Shown: piece after piece, positions 24,146 to 35,893 of the stretch
How positions within the stretch are numbered: position 1 is the first letter of the stretch
Layout: the number at the start of each line of letters is the position of its first letter
Assembly (NCBI GenBank): GCA_024704765.1
Contig: JAKMXF010000044.1
Span: 558,001 to 622,000, forward strand
Source of the DNA: Oopsacas minuta
Lineage: Eukaryota; Animalia; Porifera
DNA length: 64,000 nt
Direction: 5' to 3'
The notes under the pieces: generated by a model
The model's database searches: none
What the model saw: only the letters and a program-made list of their open reading frames with translations
Told to the model about the DNA's origin: nothing
Made by a program: the position numbers and the translations under genes

Positions 24146-27100
24146 ATGAGGATCGTAATATTGATATTATCATTTCTCTTGATCCAAACATCTATCTCTC
24201 AAATTGTTACCAGAGATAAATGTATAGAAGCTGACATTACCGCCAGTTATTTACCAGAAAGAATTCCCGTAGATAATCCAGGTGTGCTATAAAATATGTC
24301 ATATAGTTAATATACTTAAATAGATGTAATAGCATGAGGTTATTTCTCCATTGCTGTATGCTGTAATCGCCTCTTATACTCTTATAGACAATAGTGGCCC
24401 GTGTACTGACAACATATGTTGTACTACTGCCTACATTGATGAACTGAGAGATAACATCAAAGTAAAAGTATTCAGGAAGTGTATCAGGGGAACATTGGAT
24501 GTTATAATCTCAATTGCTGAAAGATTCTTTGATTACTTTTCAAGTATGTTCTGTAATTCATTAATTAAATATAACAATTCTATTACGTACGTACTGTTTA
24601 AATCCTTTCCTTGACAACGGACAAACAAACAAACAAACAACAATTTATATTTAATAATATATAGATTTATTATTTTATAGTAGTTGTACTTAAGATAAAT
24701 TTTATTTAGATTCGTTTGGTGAGGCTGCGAGGGTTGCCTTGTTTTCAGCTTTCGCAGAGAGAGCTGGAGTCGAAGATGATGACACAAGTAAAGTGTATAT
24801 TTATAACGAGCTCTCCTATTCTTCTCAGCTGCTCGCTAACCTTACCTTTAGTAGAATTAGAGGTGATGAGATAGACGATGTCAATACTAGATTTAGATCA
24901 GCCTTACGTGAGTATGCTTGTGACTACTTAGCATACCTGTTACAAGAAAAATTATACCTCAATTCCCTGAGGATTGGGAGGATAAGCGGGAAATGTATCT
25001 GTCGTGTGACAGATGTAGGAGAAAAAGTAAACAGCTTGATTGACAGTTTTATTCAAAGATTTACAAGGTACGTATCTTCAATGTTGGTATTTTATTTATT
25101 CCTAATACAGTAGACTCCGCTTAAAAGAGCCGCCAGTTAATCGTGTCACTTGGCCAGAAACATAACCATACAAATAATGTTAATTTACTCCTGTTAATCG
25201 AGCTGACATCTTTATTCCGCTAAATCGGGTCAAGATGGCCGATCCCGATGTGAGTCTTGTGACCCTATTACGCGGAATCTACTGTAGTCATAATATTTAC
25301 AGATGAATTATACATTTAGTACGATTGATAATATAGCAAAACTGATAAGAGCAATCTTAGCCATTAGGACTGCTAGTTTACAGAACCTCCAAGCTGCTCG
25401 AGATTTCAATGTCAGTTCTATCTGCACTCGGCAGTACATTAATGCACTAGCATGTCAACATTGTCAAGGTGTTGATACACGAGCTTGTCCTAATAGTTGT
25501 CGACTTGTAGCTTTGTTATGTCTCCAGCCACTCCGCGATGCTTTCACCGGGCCTTATGAAGCTTTCATAAGGTGAGTTTAAAGTTATAATAATTTGCAGT
25601 CTTTACCTCCAAAAATATAATGAATCACAAATTCGAAAGCGACGCGATTTTTGTGGTTAATGCACGTACGTATATTTATGAGTCCTGGTAAGAAACTCTG
25701 TTTTTGGACACCTGATTACCCATATAATGACGTTAAATTTTACTGATGTAGTAATTATTCAATATTTCTATTATTCACACTTCTAAAATCACAATCTAAG
25801 CTATTAACGAATGCGATAGTTACTAATAATCATAATGTCAAATTTTAAAACTTATTCTGCATATGTTACGTTTCCCATCAATAGCCACATCTGAGTTATA
25901 GAATTGATATATGAAATATATTGTTTAGCTTGTTATTGCTGAATATTTTGATAAAATAATCAGCAATTTCAAATAATGACAAAAATAATAGAGTTTGATT
26001 GATGTATTTTAATATATTTATGACAGTATAACTACCATAACTACTTACTTAGTTAATAATGGATATTTTTAGGATTGTAAGATTAGCCATCGATTCCATT
26101 ACCGGTGAAAACTCTGAATCAAACGAACCATTTGACCTCCATAATTTCCAAGAGATAGTTGGAGCACTCAATATACAAGTTGTTACTTTTGCAACAGAAT
26201 TACCTGAGTTATTAAGAGATATTTTCCCTGATAACATCACTAATAACGATGTAGGTTACCTGTCTATAGTTTGGAATGAATGTTTCAGGAATCTAACAAT
26301 GATTAAGATTGTTATCATTTCAATTTGTTTTAGTGCTTTATCACCAGAGATAGAGACATAGCTGATGGAACATTCAAATGTCAGGAAGATTCTGATCGCG
26401 ATGATACTAAGCCCGACTGTACAAGAGAAGAGGGAGGTAAGCAATAAGTTAATATATTTTATAGCACAGGGTTGTTCAACAGTTTTATTTCGCTAACTCT
26501 AAATGTAAATATGAAATTTATTGGAAATAATATCAAAATTATGGTATTTAATGAATAAAGCTAAAGTGCCGTTTGATTCATCCCAACCACACAGGGATTT
26601 TAGTAACTGTGTTGAAACTTTGAACTTTACATTACATAATTGAATAATTCTAAAATTTGTCCTGTCACATATTTACTTATATAAGTTTTCCTATTAATTA
26701 TTCTTTACTTAACTAAAAGACCATATTTGAGCATGTTTAACTCTTCATAGATTTCCCCGTAGAAGGCATAATCGCATAATTGTAAGTATTTGTCAGATAC
26801 AATTAAATTGGTCCCAATACTGTCTATGCAAACCCGATAATGTTGGTTCGGTTGAAATCAGATCAATTGGAGCCACTATGGGTTACCCGATTACAATTAC
26901 TTATTTAGATAAGGAGATTGTTGATGTTGATACATCAGATAGTGGAGTTGATAGGCCAGATACTGATAATATAAGGCCGGATAGTGGAGATAATGCAGGG
27001 GCATCTCAAAAGGTAACTTCTGAGTCTGATGATAGAGTTGATGAATTTGATTATACTACGGATGAGAACAAGTTTGTGGATTTTTTAAAGAATTTGCTAG

Positions 27101-27847
27101 AAAGGTTTAGTTTGCTTGATGATTTCAATAACCTATTCAAACAAAGTAAGTTACAAACTGAGATGATTATTGTTATACTCGAAAAGGTACCACTGCCTTA
27201 CATATACATACCGTAAACTGGGGCTACTTTGGCCCACTGGGTTTGCTTTAGCCCAAATATCAAAGTTTCAAAGCAACTAGATTAGATTCAGTATTATACT
27301 TGAAAATGACTAGCCAAATTTTTAACGAATTTTCTAATATCGGTAGACAATTTCGAATACAAATACAATATCTATTCAATACGTAAGCAAATTTCAATAT
27401 TTAGGCTAAAGCAACCCAGTGGGCCAAAGTAGCTCCAGTTTACGGTATCATATTTGTTTCAATTCAATTATTTTAGTAAACTCGTGCGTATGCCGTGCTA
27501 CATTGAGTGGAGATGCTGATGAAGAGAGGTTTGATTCTCTCTTAGTTTCTCGAAGAGATGATCAAGTTTGTTACGAGAAATTCGCTGGTGACTCATCTAT
27601 TGATGACTTAGATTCTAATTCCGCCTACACAGACCTTACTGCTGATCAGAGGGCAGAAATTAGGCAATTTGATGCTGCTGTGAGTGAGAAGTTCGTTGAT
27701 TTGGAACAGTTAGTTGCTGAGGATCCTGAGACTTCTTCTACCCTAGATCAGCTGACGGGTGATACATCCTCCGGTACAGGACGACTCCTCACTAGTCTCT
27801 TTGCAATGTTCAGTGCCCTCCTATCCATCCTGTTTTTCCTAGTATAA
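24146..27847 (+). CDS. Glypican-like GPI-anchored proteoglycan; approx. exons 24146-24281, 24388-24543, 24710-25071, 25303-25571, 26073-26250, 26334-26436, ~26751/26909-27145, 27477-27847
   Basis: Signal peptide, PCTDNICCT, and CTRQYINALACQHCQG...ACPNSCRLVALLCL matching the glypican Cys pattern; Ser-Gly motifs; hydrophobic GPI-type C-terminus. The exon 7 start is uncertain. Confidence 0.8.
25108..25284. mobile_element. Tc1/pogo-type MITE
   Basis: ta|cagtagactccgc...gcggaatctactg|ta. Confidence 0.7.
27211..27445. mobile_element. Tc1/pogo-type MITE with ~45-bp TIRs
   Basis: ta|ccgtaaactggggctactttggcccactggg...cccagtgggccaaagtagctccagtttacgg|ta. Confidence 0.8.
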
Positions 27848-28027
27848 TTCCTCTTAAATACGTCTATAAGTACATCTTATAACCCTAGTATTAATCTCCT
27901 CTTGTTTGAATATATTTATTATCATTTCTTGTATTTAATCTTAATAATTTGTATTTATAGTATGTTAATGCGTGTATTATCTATTTTCAGCGATGTTTAC
28001 CAATTTTAGCTTGATTTGGTTAACTAA

Positions 28028-28111
28028 AGCCCAATCATACACGTTGCAACTTTGTTCCGTCGTGTATGTTGCCAGTTACATGCAACTAAGTTGCATTGTG
28101 TATGGTAGGCT
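28028..28111. mobile_element. PIF/Harbinger (Tourist-like) MITE
   Basis: taa|agcccaatcatacac...gtgtatggtaggct|taa, 3-bp TAA TSD. Confidence 0.65.
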
Positions 28112-28482
28112 TAACGTATGTCATGCGTAGTGTGAAACTCCTTATAAATATCAATTGGAGTGCCTGGGAAAATGCATCGTTGAATATCTTCCTATTCTAC
28201 GTCTACGTATATCGAAATCTGGATTAACTAATAACAAAAAGCTCACAATAACCTAACATACGTTCCTATATTTGTCATTCACTTAACTTAACCCCTTCAA
28301 ACTAAACATGTTGTTAACGCAGCCATCATATGAGGACACAATATATTATATATGGTAGAAATACAAGGTTGTTCAATTGGAAAGATCTCTCAAAATTTGA
28401 GGTTCAAATTCACTTACTTGGCATACTCTCGAAATCCTTAATAAAAGTACATAAGTTATTAGTTTTTGGTTAAGTTTTGTTT

Positions 28483-29496
28483 ATGGATACAGAGAGAAGA
28501 AAGAAAAGTAGAAAGAGAAAATTAACTGAGTCACAACTCATAATTAACGAGTTAGATAAGAAAGCAGCTCAGGAAAAGGAACATGACAGCAAAAAATTAA
28601 CTAATGATATTATTCCGAGGAAACCTACAGTCAGCATTGCATTACCAGGTTCTATTCTATCTAGTGTACCAACTGATGAATTAAAAACCTACGTAATTGG
28701 GCAAGTAGCAAGAGCTGCTGCTCTTTTTAACATTAGTGAATTGATAATATTCAATGAAATGTCTACTAATCCACAGGCTCTATCAGCACGTAACATTAAC
28801 TTAATGTTTGTTCATGTGTTAAAGTATCTTGAGACTCCACAATATTTGAGGAAAATTATATTTCCCAAACATCCTGATTTACAGCATGTGGGTTTGTTAC
28901 ATCCCCTAAATTGCTCGCACCACATGAAGCAGGATGAATGGAGTGAGTACAGGGAGGGCGTGGTTCTAGATCGACCATCTAAAAAGAAGAGAGGGTCCTA
29001 CGTTAACGTTGGACTAATTAAGGATGCTCGTGTTGACATGTGTATACAGCCAGGAGTACGAGTCACTGTAAAGATGCAAGAGCCAGATATTAACCGAGAA
29101 CTGAGACACTATAGAGGCAGTGTTGTGTCTCCATTGGAACCTTTTGAAACGGATATATACTGGGGCTACTTAGTGAGATATGCGATATCATTCAGTTCTG
29201 TATTTTCTGAATCTACATACAATCAACCATATGACCTCATCATTGGGACAAGTGATAAGGGTGAAGATATTTCTTCCATTAATTTTCCTAATAAATTCAA
29301 ACATTGTTTGATTGTTTTCGGGGGACTTGCTGGCTTAGAGACATGTCTAGAAGGAGATGATGAACTCAAAGTAGAAGACGTGAAGCTGTTATTTGATTAT
29401 TACTTGAATTGTTGTCCTCGACAAGGTTGTAAAACCATTAGAACCGAGGAAGCTATATTTATTACTCTATCTTCATTACAAGGAAAATTGTTATAG
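28483..29496 (+). CDS. SPOUT1: SPOUT methyltransferase SPOUT1/C9orf114, intronless
   Basis: TVSIALPGSI, GQVARAAALF, YLETPQYLRK, GLLHPL..HH, YDLIIGTS, VFGGLAGLE, TIRTEEA. ATG at 28483. Confidence 0.9.
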   Translation: MDTERRKKSRKRKLTESQLIINELDKKAAQEKEHDSKKLTNDIIPRKPTVSIALPGSILSSVPTDELKTYVIGQVARAAALFNISELIIFNEMSTNPQALSARNINLMFVHVLKYLETPQYLRKIIFPKHPDLQHVGLLHPLNCSHHMKQDEWSEYREGVVLDRPSKKKRGSYVNVGLIKDARVDMCIQPGVRVTVKMQEPDINRELRHYRGSVVSPLEPFETDIYWGYLVRYAISFSSVFSESTYNQPYDLIIGTSDKGEDISSINFPNKFKHCLIVFGGLAGLETCLEGDDELKVEDVKLLFDYYLNCCPRQGCKTIRTEEAIFITLSSLQGKLL

Positions 29497-30843
29497 AATT
29501 TATAATATACATATCCTGTCAATACATTTAATTATACTTATTTGTGATAGACAGGAAATTTAGCTACTCTATTCGTCTATTCGGTCCCTAGAGTAGTCCA
29601 TGAAGGAAACAACTACTAGCAATCTTATCTTATTGCTCATTTTATGATAAAAGAGGTATCATCTCATTTTATTTTAAGAGTCATTTTCAGATATTGCTTG
29701 AGGTACACAAATTTTATTCTGTAGATCGTGGGATTACTAATGGCAATAATAGTTTCAATAAGTTATTTTAATTATGTACGGTCAAGTATGTATTATTTTA
29801 ACAATTTTGTCTGACAATAGTATCAAAGGATTACCAATTAATCTTGACGCCCTGGTACCCTTGAGTATTTTATAGGAGCCTGTCCACCGATCATAGATTT
29901 TTGCATAGAGGAGACATTAATTAGAGGGGATTAATGCTATCTAAGCGACGAAGCGTAGTCAATTACTTTGCTGTTTAATTGAGAGCCCAATCGCGGGAAC
30001 CATTAAAGAATTGTTTCCCTGTGCGTTGTGCAGGTCATGTCAGTAGGGGAATATTTTGTTCATCCTCTAAAAATTCCATATTTTAGGCCTTAATAATTGT
30101 GTAATCATCTGGAAAGGTCGATTTTGTAAAAGCAACAAATAATATATCACTGCCTCTTAATTGCAGCTATGATGTATAAAGCGACATTATATATCGTAAT
30201 ATACTGATAACGAGCCTTTGGCTCGTCGCTTCACAATGAACTGGGTGCATTGCGCCTCGAGGTATTCAACTGACGAACAAAAATAACAAACAACAATTGA
30301 GATTTAATAATATTGATTTTGTTTACAATATTCGGACTCAGCGTACACTATTACCTCAGTATAACCATTAAAAGCATGTTTCTACAACAATTTTGATATT
30401 TGTTTACTTTATGTACCTAAAAGTAAACAAATATTCACAATATGTTGTTTATAATACCATAATCGGACTCAGCATCCTCGATTACCTCAATATTGCCGTT
30501 GAAACTATGATTCTACAACAGTATTGAAATTTATCCAAAAGTGTGAAATCGGATTTAGCATGTTCGATTTATTTAGTGAAGTTTTATTGAATTCTATTTA
30601 CTTCCTTGATAAACACGATAAATACAGTTATGCGACAATTTCAAAATTGCATACCGTAAATCCTTTCCTTGACAACGGACAAACAAACAACAATTGTGAT
30701 TTAATAATATAGATTATGTATTTAATTGGGTATTGACAAATTTATCGAAAGTTTGAATAATCTTAGCTCAATTAATAAAACAGCAAATTACTTTAATTTT
30801 GACTTGAGCAGATTTCATATACTTGAATATGAGTGGTTGAGTT

Positions 30844-31596
30844 TTACAATTTAGCATCGTTTTCAGCTACATGTAGTATTTCTTGTTTATTCTCCAAAGC
30901 TCCCTCCAAATTTACTTCTGTTGGGATATCAAGCAGTCTATCATCATCTAATTTATCTGGGTTAATTTCAATATTGGTTAGTATGGTTGTATTTACTGAA
31001 TTTCTTCTCTCCTTCTCTCTTATTCTTTCATTATAATTCTCAATAACTTTTCCTCCAGATAACCTCTTTTCTCCAGTGTATTCTTTCGGGGTTGATATTT
31101 TCCTGGTGTGATAACCCGGAGATATTTTCCTCTCACCGCTAGACCTCTTCATATCAGGCACGGACAGTTTACCAACATCCTTAATTGAGTGTGTCCTATC
31201 TGAATTGTAAACACCCACTTGCATATGGTAAGCGTTCCAATCACTCTTTAGTTTATCGTACTTTTTCCTTATTTCTCCATTTTCAGATTTCATCTTTTTA
31301 TAAGCTTCAGTGGTTATTTGCAGATGATAATTCCCTTTTTCATTCGTATGTTTCATAAGCTCCTCCAATTTATCTTTACTCACATAAAAATCACATCCCA
31401 TCTCACTGTATGAACAGCTTATAATTGGCTTCTTTGTGATATTCCCTGTGGGATAGTTCTGGGCTGTTGTGACGGCGTCTTTCATTGTTGCAAAGCTTTT
31501 TCTCCTGGCTCTAGTAGGTTCATGTCTCATGCGCTCATACTTACTATCTTTCTCACTTTTTATTGGTGATATTTGGTCCGGAATTTCTGTAGTCAT
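30844..31596 (-). CDS. Unknown 250-aa protein with a single TRAF/SIAH-type zinc-finger-like segment and coiled coil
   Basis: Long ORF with CSYSEMGCDF..KDKLEELMKH....NYHL, then a coiled coil and an S/K-rich tail. An upstream exon is possible (ttag|ATG). Confidence 0.6.
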   Translation of the reverse strand: MTTEIPDQISPIKSEKDSKYERMRHEPTRARRKSFATMKDAVTTAQNYPTGNITKKPIISCSYSEMGCDFYVSKDKLEELMKHTNEKGNYHLQITTEAYKKMKSENGEIRKKYDKLKSDWNAYHMQVGVYNSDRTHSIKDVGKLSVPDMKRSSGERKISPGYHTRKISTPKEYTGEKRLSGGKVIENYNERIREKERRNSVNTTILTNIEINPDKLDDDRLLDIPTEVNLEGALENKQEILHVAENDAKL

Positions 31597-32562
31597 CTAA
31601 TTTGTAAAAGAATAGTATATTCCTCGTATTTACCAACTTATGAATGGCACTTATTTATATACTTTCGTATTTCAGTGTTTGTCCTTTATCCCTCATGTGG
31701 ATTATTTTGTAGGCATGAATCTTGTATCAAACAATAGGTTTGTACACGTGAATCTTTCTCATGATTTTCCCTTTCTTCTCAACTCCACGTAATTAGATCT
31801 AAGTGATACGACAATTATACTAATATTCTTTAAATCTCAATTGTTGTTTATTTGTTTGTTTATCCGTTGTCAAGGAAAGGATTTACGGTATGCAATTTTG
31901 AAATTGTCGCATAACTATGTATTTATCGTGTTTATCAAGGAAGTAAATGGAATTCAATGAAACTTTCTTGGCTCTTTATTTCTATGGTTAATACTTAATA
32001 ATATGGAGTAATAGGTCCACCTTGTTATATTATTTGGTAGTTTGGTTGGATGTTGTTATGATTTAAAATTATGGCCAATCACAACTATTGCACCGTAAGG
32101 TGGTGCTCTCTCCATATTTCTTTCCAACAACTAGTCCTAGGATTCCGCCGCGAGGCACGAAGGCTTCAATTGCACAAATGTATCCTAGATCCCAACCTTA
32201 TACTCTCCTAATCCTGGTCATCAACCCTGTTATTGTTACTATTGTCACGCGATGATTCTAGTTTAGTATACGTAAAGTGTGATTACTATAGACTATAGAG
32301 GATCAATATTTTGCTCAGCATCCATGATAATTAAACCTACCTACAAATTGTAAATTTATTCTATGGATCAGTGGATGAGCTACGATTCTTTCATAATGTA
32401 GGGTCAGTATGACAATATCTATCCCTCTTGGCCACATCTGTCTCATTTGCTTTACAGTTTCCTTCCTATAACAGAAATGTTTGTGATGTTTGAACCCTGA
32501 AATATTACTCCATAGATTATCGATTATTGAATTGTGTTTATTTATTAAAAGTTAAAAAATGT

Positions 32563-32888
32563 AAATTACAACCTGTGCCGACAGCTTAGTCTTAATTAAT
32601 TAAATTTGTTTAAAAAGTGGGACTATTAATTGGAGGCATTATGAAAGGCTAGGTTTAACCCCAAATCCCAATACATATAGCGCCATAGCATAGGCGTAGC
32701 TAGGATGTTGCTGGTAACCCCTGGATTACTGAGGATATACGCAATCTCTATGTTATTGGGGTCACTACTTGCTGGCAACCCCAAAGAGGAAAAGTTAGCT
32801 ACGCTTCTGCATAGCGCCTCCAATTAATAGTGCCAATTTTTAAACAAATTTAATTATTAGACTAAGCTGTCAGTACAGGTTGTAATTT
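32563..32888. mobile_element. MITE with ~72-bp TIRs; second copy at 57066-57247
   Basis: aattacaacctgtgccgacagcttagtc...aaaagtgggactattaattggag and its reverse complement; the right flank is also shared with the second copy. Confidence 0.75.
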
Positions 32889-33661
32889 ATATTTATTTCT
32901 TGCTCCGCTAGGATTTAAAATTCGTAAAACAATTATTTACAATTTAATATGATCATCCAGCCTCATTTAGTTGTTTAGAACAATCTTCTACTATCATTAT
33001 TAGCTTATATAATCAGGGAAATACAGTGCAATCTCTATACGTGGGGTCTCGATGAATGGGAAACCTCTATAAGGAGGGAAATGTTGGGCCACCTTCATTC
33101 ATTTCCATAGAAACGAACCCATATATGCCGGGAGTGGGGAATGGGGCATACTTTAGAGATAATTATGCCTTACACAATTGAAATTTACCTCTATAAGTGG
33201 GTCATTATGTGACAAATTTCTTGAATAATCAATTTTTGTGCTAAATTTGGAAAACAATACGTATTTATCACAACAGGATTCCCTAGTGGATAATGTTCGG
33301 GGGAACAGTATTACCTATGACACCGGTATACCTAGTATAGTGGTTCAGTAATAAAATGATTGACTCTTGTTCACTCTCCTAACCACACCTTAGAGATTAA
33401 GACACCAAATTTGGTATATATATATATATCGTAGTGACCTCTAGTTGTGCACCTAACATCCGAAATTTTTCTTATGTGTATATTTTCACACCTCTTCATT
33501 TTAGGCCAATCAGATTGTAGCAGGGTTTGCCGTAGGAAAGGAATTTCACATTTAAGGGAACTGATAAAGTGTATGAATTTGTACTCTTCATTTGGATTTA
33601 CGTCTTAACCGCGTTGGTATTAATTAAGTGGTATTTACTGTATCTGATTTACTAAGCAGTA

Positions 33662-35725
33662 ATGTCTGATTCTAATCCAAACAAGCCATCCCCTAAGAGC
33701 AAGCATCCCAAGAACAAGGAATCATTCAGAAGTAGAATTACTTTACACAAGAAGGCTAATAAGGCGAAGAAGGACCTAGCTGAACCAGGACACCCTTCAA
33801 TCATCAGTAGTATCGAAACTAAAGTTTTTGGAGTGTCATTGCTTGATGCCATCGACCGTAGTGTAATCCAGGACGATATACTGATACCTACAGTATTTAG
33901 AGAGTGTATAGACTACATCGAGGCTTTCGGACTGGAGACAGAGGGTTTATATCGAGTAGGAGGTCCTGTTAAAAGTATTGAGGCAGTCAAACAGCAGTAT
34001 GACAGAGGTAAATACTAAAATAGGTCTTAAACAATTTTTTCAAGCAAATGCTGTCGGGCAGAGGAAGTTGCTGGGGCCTGCCCTGGAATGAATTACAGTT
34101 TCAACCTGTAATTCATTCCAGGGGTAAGCCCGTTCCAGCACGGTCTGGAAACTCTAGATACTGGTGATTTTTGATACCAGATGTCAAGTATATTTGTACA
34201 ATTTCTTTGCTGATACATACGTATAACATGTGTAGTACGTATAGTACAGTAAACTCCCCTTTATACTGAAATGACTCTCTTCCCCTATAGCTGAAAAATA
34301 ATCGACTTACTCCATTTATAACTAAATGAAATCGTGGTCCCAGTCACTTCGTTGTAACTAGAGTTCACTGTATATTATTTATACTATATCATTATTTAGG
34401 AGAGTATATTGACTTCTCAAATGTTATACCCGAGACTATATCATCACTACTCAAACTCTACATTCGTGAGCTTCCTCATTGTCTGATTCCTCAATCAGTT
34501 ATGTATAAACTTGAAGAGGCATTAAGCGTACAGGATTCACAACAGCGATTAAAATCCCTTAAGAAACATTTTTCTCACATTCCAGTTCCAAATACTCTGA
34601 TGCTATCATGGCTATTACTGCACCTGCAGAATGTAATTCATCTTGAGAAAGAGAATAAGATGAGCCTGCATAATCTAATCATTGTATTCTCTCCTACTCT
34701 CCGCATATCTATTAATCTCCTCGTGGCTCTGTATGAAAACCTACACAGTCTTGCTCCCAATGTAGAGATATTTCCTTACAAGAGACCAACCCTGGATGAG
34801 TTTAAATCTGAACTACGTTAGTATTAGTCGATATTCTCATTCTTCAGTAGTCTGGTAGTCCATTGACTTCAGACTACTTTCATTTTTCCAGTTGACTCTC
34901 GTAGTACAAGCTCGGTTTTACATAACTCCAGACTTTACGTACTAATTATTCAATTTTTATTCTTTCTACTACTGTTATATGATACAGTTATTGTTACACG
35001 TATGAATGGAAGTCTACTGTACGTAATTTTACGTGGAGTAAACAAAAATTGTACTAACTAACCGAGTTAAACTGTAATTCTAAGAGTGTTTGTTGTTGTT
35101 TATCTCAAACAATCAAAATAAATAGCAATAATTATAATTGTTTAACCAACTCTATATTCCAATAGAAGTACTTGGGACTCCATTCTCACTTCTCTCCGAA
35201 GCAGAAGTACTTTCCGAGATGAACCAGCTCTCCCGTCTGAGGGAGTCAGTGAATAGAGTAGCTCTAGCCGAAGAGACTTGCTCTACAGGTACACACAGTT
35301 CTGAAGATTGTTCTCTCCTCTTAGAGAGGCTACAGTTACGTGTGCAAGGACTGAAAGAACAGTTGGAACAGCTGCAGACTAGTGAGTTGAGAGAAGAGAA
35401 GGAACTCCAGCAACTTAGACTCAAGGAAAGAGAAATGCAGTTGGAATACGAGATACTTCAGAAACTGAATGAACAGTTTCATAAGAGTATCGAAGAGGAG
35501 AAAATGTTGCTGGAGGAGACTAGAAAAGAGTTTGAAGAGAGAGGACTGGAAGAGGTACCTGATGACTGGACTCAATCTGAGCAAGAGCTTGCTGAGTCTC
35601 TCGAGAAATTGATACAAGCAGAAAAGGAGTTACAACTACAGAACAAAGAAGCTCTAATGGATATGAACGTAGAATTGGATAACTGCGTGAAGCTACGTGT
35701 ACAGCTTGAATTACACAGCACTTAA
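33662..35725 (+). CDS. RALBP1: RalA-binding protein 1 (RLIP76), RhoGAP + coiled coil; exons 33662-34007, 34400-34816, 35166-35725
   Basis: FGVSLLDAIDRS...IPTVFRECIDYIE..G...EGLYRVGG, LLKLYIRELP, NKMSLHNL, then a Ral-binding-like coiled coil. Phase-1 junctions are consistent. Confidence 0.82.
34247..34370. mobile_element. Tc1/pogo-type MITE in RALBP1 intron 1
   Basis: ta|cagtaaactc...gagttcactg|ta. Confidence 0.65.
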
Positions 35726-35893
35726 TTAATTGATATAACATATCCTGAATTCTTCTAATTTCTCACTTTATACAGCATGTTGTATTCCGTAATAATATTA
35801 CTATCCGACTCTCTGTTCAGTTATTACTTATTAGTGAAGAATGGATACTTTCCTATGCAGCCATTAAGTTCTGTGTTCTAGATTGTGATCGAG

